In this document: piece by piece, positions 58,017-64,000 of the stretch
Layout: the number at the start of each line of letters is the position of its first letter
Numbering within the stretch: the stretch's first letter is position 1
Source: an uncultured Chloroflexia bacterium
GTDB lineage: Bacteria; Chloroflexota; UBA6077; JACCZL01
Assembly (NCBI GenBank): GCA_963765765.1
Contig: CAVXYC010000028.1
Coordinates: 1-64,000, forward strand
Direction of reading: 5' to 3'
Length of the DNA: 64,000 nt
Translations under genes and position numbers: made by a program
Notes under the pieces: model-generated
What the model saw: the letters and a program-made list of their open reading frames with translations, nothing else
The model's database searches: none
Told to the model about the DNA's origin: nothing

Positions 58017-58909
58017 TGATTGTTGGCGTAATTGGTCTTGGGAAAATGGGTCGGCCGATGGCCATTAACCTTCTCAAGGCCGGCTTTCAACTGGTCATAC
58101 ACAATCGCAGTCGAGCCGTCGTAGACGAGCTTGCGCAACAAGGCGCGACTCCCGCGAGCAGTGCGGCCGAGGTGGGTGAGAGATCCGATGTGGTTCTCAC
58201 GGTGCTGCCGACCCTCGATACAGTGGAGACGATATACCTCGGTGAAGAGGGCCTTGTATCGCGGGCGCGCTCAGGTCAAATTCTGATCGACCACAGCACT
58301 GTGAGTCCGTCCCTCAGTCGTCGCATCGCCGAGTCAGCGGAGGGAAAAGGCGCTGGTTTCCTGGACATACCCGTGTCTGGTGGTCCTGCTGGCGCCCAGG
58401 GGGGAACACTCACGATGATGGCCGGCGGGAAGCGTGAGACGTTCGATGCGGCGCAGCCGGTGCTCGCGGCGCTTGGGAAGAACATCCACTACTGTGGCCC
58501 CAGCGGCTCAGGTACCATCGTGAAACTCGTCAATCAGCTTCTGGTGGGTGTGCACACTGCCGCCGCCGCGGAAGCCCTTGTATTCGGGACCAAAGCGGGC
58601 GCAGATCCGCAAGTGCTTTTAGACGTTATTGGGACCAGTTTTGGTGGAAGCACCATGCTGAACCGCAATACACCGCTGGTGCTTCAGCGCAAGTTTCATC
58701 CGGCCACATCGATTCGGCTGATCCTCAAGGATCTTGGAGTCATCCGCGATCTCGGGGGCGAGCTGGACACGCGACTCCTTATGACATCACTCGCCGAGCA
58801 GCTTTTTATAGAAGCGCGCGGTTTGGGCTTCCAGGACAACGACATGAGCGCCATGGTATTGCCGCTGGAAAACATTGCCGGGATCGAAGTTCGCAGTCCA
58901 GGGTCCTGA
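58017..58909 (+). CDS. NAD(P)-dependent beta-hydroxyacid dehydrogenase (GarR/MmsB-like)
   Basis: IGLGKMGRPMA, DIPVSGGPAGA, VKLVNQ. Confidence 0.92.
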
Positions 58910-59156
58910 GTCAACTCGCTGACTCCAGCACCGAAACGATCGAATTCGAAAGGGCCGCCGAGCCAGACGGCCTGGGCTTTCTGTCTTAGCCTTAGCGCCA
59001 TGCCACGGGCTTTCGGTCTACGGCGGCAGTCAACACTCCCGCGCCGTCCTCAGGCTCAGCATGCAATCCCGTTCCGACTCCCATGCAGGTTCGTCGGATA
59101 GCAGGGATTCTCGCGACGAAATACCTTGCTTGTCCAACGCGTGGTCCCGGCCTACT

Positions 59157-59705
59157 TTAAACGGGCAGCACGATACAGAATTGAACGGCCGTAAAATACC
59201 GCCGAGCAACGACCAATCCTCTTAGCGAATGATTGGCTCCACGTGACGGGGCCCAGGCGTCATTGGCCTTTGCGATACAGCACGGTCGAAGTGAGGGCAG
59301 CTCATCCTGCGAGAAGTAACGCCACTCCAGCATCTCGTCGTCGTCAGGGCGTGCGATCCCATTGAGGACCTGGCATTCAAAGAATAGGACGACGTATTGA
59401 GTGTGGTCGTCGTTGGGATAGGTCACCGCGAATTCGGGTTCCGAATACACGCCAATAAGTCGTCGGATGTCTACATCAAGCCCCGCTTCTTCCAGGACTT
59501 CGCGACGGAGAGCTTCCGAGATGTTCTTGCCGGGCTCCATGGCTCCACCGGGGAATCCCTAGATCGCGTCGTCTACTACGTCAGACCGGCGCCCAAGCAG
59601 CACTCGGCCAGCGGCGGCGATTTTCGCCGCCGCCGCTCCAACGGCAATAAGCGTGTCATGACCGATGAGGTCGCGAAGACGAAGAATGTGAGGTGGAATA
59701 GGCAT
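59157..59705 (-). CDS. NUDIX hydrolase (frameshifted)
   Basis: LRDLIGHDTL; PGGAMEPG...ALRREVLEEAG; YPNDD. Confidence 0.85.
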
Positions 59706-59834
59706 ACCGATCCCGCCTGATGCGACGCACACCGGTCACCGCAACCTCAGTTTTCAACGATGGCCGCCTGGCTCGCTTCGGTGGCATGATGATCGAGCGC
59801 GCCCGAGCATCATAAGCGTCGACGCGGAAATTTT

Positions 59835-61988
59835 GTGGAACTAGCAATCAACGAAGGCACGACCTTCCTCATCGTCAACCGACCCGGAAACGTGCAACCC
59901 GGGACCGAGTATGGACTCTATAGTCGGGACATTCGGTTCCTTTCACACTATGAGCTAAGCCTGTCTGGACTTCAGCTCATCACGCTCACGGCGCGGCTCG
60001 TGGATCATCAGCGGTCAGTTCACGTCCTGACGAACCCACATTTTGGGGATTGGCCTCAGGGTAGTTTCGTCGTCACCCGAACGCGCACCGTGGATCACGG
60101 GCTCCATGAGGAGCTCGAGATTGCCAGCTTCCTGGATCAGTACATCAATCTCGAATTGAATATGGCGTTCGAGGCAGACTTCGCTCACATCTTTCAAGTA
60201 CGGGGGCACATTGGCGACGATCCGCCTCCCACGAACGGCTCGGATGCTCTGGTGGGCTCAGACATCCCGTCCGATCCAAGCCGGCTCCTTTTGTCGATTC
60301 CCGATCGACATCCCGGTTGGATGACGGAGATTCGATTCTCGATTCCTCCTGAGCCGCAAGACCCGCCCCACCGTCCCGTCTGGAGGCTCGGTTTGCCCGG
60401 CCGCGGTATTACCCGCCTGAGTCTTGACTTCATTCTTCATCAACCCAATGAGGCCCCCCGTTATCCACGACGACGGTCAGGTGATCTGAATCGCGCTCAG
60501 AATACGCTGGTTCAAGCCGAGGCGCAGTTTGTCAATGAAGCGCCCCAGCTCGAGACTGACTCCTTTCCGCTCAAGCAGTCCTACGATCGGGCGCTGCGGG
60601 ATCTTGCTGCCCTACGACTCAAAGGAGAAGATGTCGCGGAGCACGCGAATGCCGTGGCAGCCGGAATCCCGTGGTTCATGGCGCTCTTTGGACGCGACGC
60701 GCTCATCACCGGTTATCAAACGCTCCCGTATCTACCGGGCGTCTCTGAAGGGGCACTCAGAGCACTTGCTCAGCTGCAAGGCGAACGTGTTGATCCGACG
60801 ACGCAGGAAGAGCCGGGGAAGATCCTTCATGAATATCGATCCGATTCGTCCCCCGGACATGAGGCCCTGATTCCGCATTTCCCGTATTACGGGACCATCG
60901 ATGCAACTCCACTCTTTCTCATGCAGATTCGGGAGCACTTTCGGTGGACCGGGGACCTCGAGATGGTTCGTGAGCTCTGGCCGGCTGCCTTGCGTGCCCT
61001 GGAGTGGATGGACCGCTACGGGGATGATGATGGCGATGGTTACATCGAGTACATCCGTAGAGGAGCGCATGGCCTCCAGAATCAAGGGTGGAAGGACTCC
61101 TGGGACTCAATTCGATTCTCTGATGGTCGTCTTGCTGAGCCGCCGATCGCGCTCTGTGAGGTTCAGGGGTACGCTTATGCAGCGCGCTTGGGCATGGCCG
61201 AACTGGCCGAGCTTCTCGACGACAACGATCTCGCAAATTCAGAGCGTCTCAAAGCAAAAAAGCTTCGAGAAAGGTTCAATCTAGACTTCTGGATGAATGC
61301 TCGTTCAACCTACGCGCTGGCCCTAGACGGGCAGAAGCGCCAGGTAGACAGCATCGCTTCAAACGCCGGCCATGCGCTCTGGTCTGGCATCGCCGACAGC
61401 CACCGCGCAGAGGAAGTCGTCAAACAGCTCATGTCCCCAGCTATGTGCTCCGGTTGGGGTGTGCGGACAATGGGGTCAGATGAAGGTGGTTACAACCCGA
61501 TTGGATATCACACGGGAACCGTCTGGCCTCATGACACGGCGCTCATCGCCGACGGCTTTCGACGCTACGGGTACTTCCATGAGGCGAATATTTTGGTTGA
61601 GTCGGTGTTTGCAGCGGCTGAGCGATTTGAGCTCTATCGGCTGCCCGAGCTTTACGGTGGCTATCCGCGAGCTGACTTTGGGTTCCCGATCGAGTATCCC
61701 ACCGCTTGCAGCCCTCAAGCATGGGCGGCCGGCGCTATCCCACTACTACTCACAACAATGCTGGGCCTCCGGGCAGACGTACAACAGCGACGAATTGAGA
61801 TCCGGCCAATGCTTCCACCGCTCTCGGACACCATCAATTACCTTCGGCTGAGCGGCATTCGCGTGGGGTCCAGCGAGCTGGACGTAGAAGTGCGCAACGT
61901 AAATGGCGAGGTGCGCACCACTCTTCGGAAGGTGCCTCGGGGATTCAAGGTCGAGGGCAGTGTGTTCCACTGGAGTCTATTCTGGTGA
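59835..61988 (+). CDS. amylo-alpha-1,6-glucosidase (glycogen debranching family)
   Basis: AAGIPWFMALFGRD, EEPGKILHE, YYGTIDATPLF, NQGWKDS, YHTGTVWPHD, PQAWAAG. Confidence 0.95.
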   Translation: MELAINEGTTFLIVNRPGNVQPGTEYGLYSRDIRFLSHYELSLSGLQLITLTARLVDHQRSVHVLTNPHFGDWPQGSFVVTRTRTVDHGLHEELEIASFLDQYINLELNMAFEADFAHIFQVRGHIGDDPPPTNGSDALVGSDIPSDPSRLLLSIPDRHPGWMTEIRFSIPPEPQDPPHRPVWRLGLPGRGITRLSLDFILHQPNEAPRYPRRRSGDLNRAQNTLVQAEAQFVNEAPQLETDSFPLKQSYDRALRDLAALRLKGEDVAEHANAVAAGIPWFMALFGRDALITGYQTLPYLPGVSEGALRALAQLQGERVDPTTQEEPGKILHEYRSDSSPGHEALIPHFPYYGTIDATPLFLMQIREHFRWTGDLEMVRELWPAALRALEWMDRYGDDDGDGYIEYIRRGAHGLQNQGWKDSWDSIRFSDGRLAEPPIALCEVQGYAYAARLGMAELAELLDDNDLANSERLKAKKLRERFNLDFWMNARSTYALALDGQKRQVDSIASNAGHALWSGIADSHRAEEVVKQLMSPAMCSGWGVRTMGSDEGGYNPIGYHTGTVWPHDTALIADGFRRYGYFHEANILVESVFAAAERFELYRLPELYGGYPRADFGFPIEYPTACSPQAWAAGAIPLLLTTMLGLRADVQQRRIEIRPMLPPLSDTINYLRLSGIRVGSSELDVEVRNVNGEVRTTLRKVPRGFKVEGSVFHWSLFW

Positions 61989-61995
61989 AGGGACT

Positions 61996-62448
61996 TTGAA
62001 TCTCAGCGAGGCGCTTCTTGCCTGCTTCGGCGGGGTCGTTGGAGCCTATGTGCAAGCGATCGCGGGCTACTGGCTGGAGGGTTTTCGCGGCCTCCCCCGC
62101 TTCGACATTGCGGAGACAGGCAAGCGCTATCTGGGTGGCGAAAAGACTGGCTGGTGGGTTGTGGGCATCACCTTTCACCTTGCCAACGGGGCGTTGCTGG
62201 GACTTCTTTACTCAGCCACCTTGAAGCCAGTCGTGATGACGTGGCTGGGCGTCGGTATTCTTAGCGGCATTGCCGGCGGGCTCGTCTTTGGATCACTCGT
62301 CTGGTTAGTTTTGATGAACCTTGTCGTGTTTCCGCTTTCCGGAGCTGGAATCTTCGGCCTGAACGCCGGATCATCTCGCCTCAGTCTTGTGACGCTGATC
62401 CTTCATCTCGCCTTTGGTGCGGTGCTAGGAGCTATTGTGAGGTCCTGA
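61996..62448 (+). CDS. membrane protein
   Basis: Four TM segments; HLANG; HLAFG. Confidence 0.7.
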   Translation: MNLSEALLACFGGVVGAYVQAIAGYWLEGFRGLPRFDIAETGKRYLGGEKTGWWVVGITFHLANGALLGLLYSATLKPVVMTWLGVGILSGIAGGLVFGSLVWLVLMNLVVFPLSGAGIFGLNAGSSRLSLVTLILHLAFGAVLGAIVRS

Positions 62449-63005
62449 GCACCCTCTGAGCAGTTCGAGCCCTCACTTCCAGGACACTCCGCCGCTGCGA
62501 GTCATCCTTCACCAGGATCTCGAGCGTGGGCTGCCCCTGGCCGGAGGCCGTCGAAATGAGTCCAGAACCCAGATGTTCCGAGCACCATCCCACGGCGAGA
62601 ATGGTACGTGGGATTCACGTTGGTCTCCATCTCTCACAGTTAGCAATCGCCACAAGTAAGAAGCTGGCTTCGAATGAATGCGTGGGCCTAATCAGCCGAC
62701 TCGGCGCACGGGACGGCACGGGCACGCTGCGAGGATTGACTCGTGCGCAAAAACGGGCTCTTTTTTACCTTTCATCGCCAACTGTGATGGCTCGGCGATA
62801 CGGACGCCATGCATACGCATAAGCGTGTTCGGACGGATCACCTATGCCTTAGCTTCGGCGAACGACGATTGACTCTCAGCCACCGGGGGGTGATAGTAGG
62901 AGAGGCATGTACCAATCTCCCGTAACGTAGTTCGGGACCGCTCGTTGTACCGGCAATAACTTCAGAATTACCCCACCACCCGGATTCGGGAGGGAGTTAT
63001 CAGGA

Positions 63006-64000
63006 ATGGCTCGTCCAGCAAACATCGGTGAGCTTCGCGAGAGTGGCTATCGTCCGCTCAGCGTCAAGCAGGAGATGCGCAAAAACCTCATTCAGCGACT
63101 TCAACACGGTCAGACCTTGTTTGAAGGAATCGTTGGTTATGAGGAAACGGTCCTACCGCAGGTCGAAAATGCCGTTCTAGCCGGGCAGGACGTGGTCTTC
63201 CTGGGTGAACGCGGCCAGGCGAAGACACGTATGGCTCGAGCGCTCGTCGAGCTCCTCGACGATGAAGTTCCTGTCATCGAGGGAAGCGAGGTCAACGATG
63301 AGCCCCTCGCCCCGATCTCCGAATTTGGAAGACGCACGGTAGAGGAGCTCGGCGACAAGACGCCCATTGCCTGGATCGGCCGAGACCGCCGATATGGCGA
63401 GAAACTGGCGACACCGGACATTACGATCGCTGACCTCATTGGTGAGGTTGACCCTATCAAAGTGGCCGAGGGTCGTTATCTGTCCGATGAGCTCACGATC
63501 CATTTCGGGCTGCTGCCTCGCACCAATCGCGGCATCTTCGTGCTCAATGAGCTTCCAGATCTGGCAGAACGGATCCAAGTTGGCTTGCTCAATATCATGG
63601 AAGAGCGCGACGTTCAGATTCGCGGCTATAAGGTGCGCCTGCCACTCGATCTCTTTGTCGTAGCCAGCGCGAACCCAGAGGACTACACCAATCGCGGACG
63701 CATCATCACTCCGCTGAAGGACCGTTTCGGAGCTCAGATCCGCACGCACTACCCGCATACTATCGAGCACGAGATCGCCATCATGGAACAGGAGCGAACG
63801 AGCTTCGAGGAAGACGGGTTCAACACGGTCGTCCCGGACTACATCAAAGAGATCCTGGCGGAGATCACCCACCTGGCTCGACGATCTTCGGACATTTCCC
63901 AACGATCCGGCGTGAGCGTACGTGTCTCCATTTGTAACTATGAGACTGTGCTGTCCGCCGCTCTGAAGCGATCCATCCGCCTGCGCGAGGCGCAGGTCAC
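63006..64000 (+). CDS. magnesium-chelatase-like AAA+ ATPase (runs off the window end)
   Basis: SVKQEMRKNL; LGERGQAKTR; LNELPDL; ASANPEDYTNRGRII. Confidence 0.9.
   Translation, partial: MARPANIGELRESGYRPLSVKQEMRKNLIQRLQHGQTLFEGIVGYEETVLPQVENAVLAGQDVVFLGERGQAKTRMARALVELLDDEVPVIEGSEVNDEPLAPISEFGRRTVEELGDKTPIAWIGRDRRYGEKLATPDITIADLIGEVDPIKVAEGRYLSDELTIHFGLLPRTNRGIFVLNELPDLAERIQVGLLNIMEERDVQIRGYKVRLPLDLFVVASANPEDYTNRGRIITPLKDRFGAQIRTHYPHTIEHEIAIMEQERTSFEEDGFNTVVPDYIKEILAEITHLARRSSDISQRSGVSVRVSICNYETVLSAALKRSIRLREAQV

Overview
High-GC bacterial DNA; gene content suggests Chloroflexota (inference only). Many genes, including housekeeping-type ones, are split by single-base frameshifts, which points to long-read indel errors, so pseudogene calls are tentative. 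The window has two halves. About 1-35,980 is an accessory island ending in a tyrosine integrase next to the 3' end of tRNA-Leu(CAA). It is a mosaic of repeated, mostly truncated pieces of one small element family, mixed with cargo: HicAB and DUF433/PIN toxin-antitoxin pairs, pentapeptide-repeat proteins, a GT-C glycosyltransferase, GH31, an ABC solute-binding protein, an SF1 helicase, IS110 and an IS1595 remnant. About 36,070-64,000 is ordinary chromosome: CopC/CopD-cytochrome c fusion, moaA, NUDIX, DEDD-UvrC-like nuclease, ccdA, murI, queF, an acyl-ACP synthetase/acyltransferase fusion, glucosidases and an AAA ATPase, plus nested REP-like palindromes. The two most interesting signals are in the island. 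(1) Three paralogous HTH/coiled-coil/Trp-tail (Par/RacA-like) genes are each saturated with their own paralog-specific short DNA motif, as if each gene were its own centromere. (2) A recurring TAA-N6/7-TTAT tyrosine-recombinase-like site with conserved flanks lies at module junctions, suggesting a pdif-like cassette-shuffling array. All counts and alignments were done by eye.
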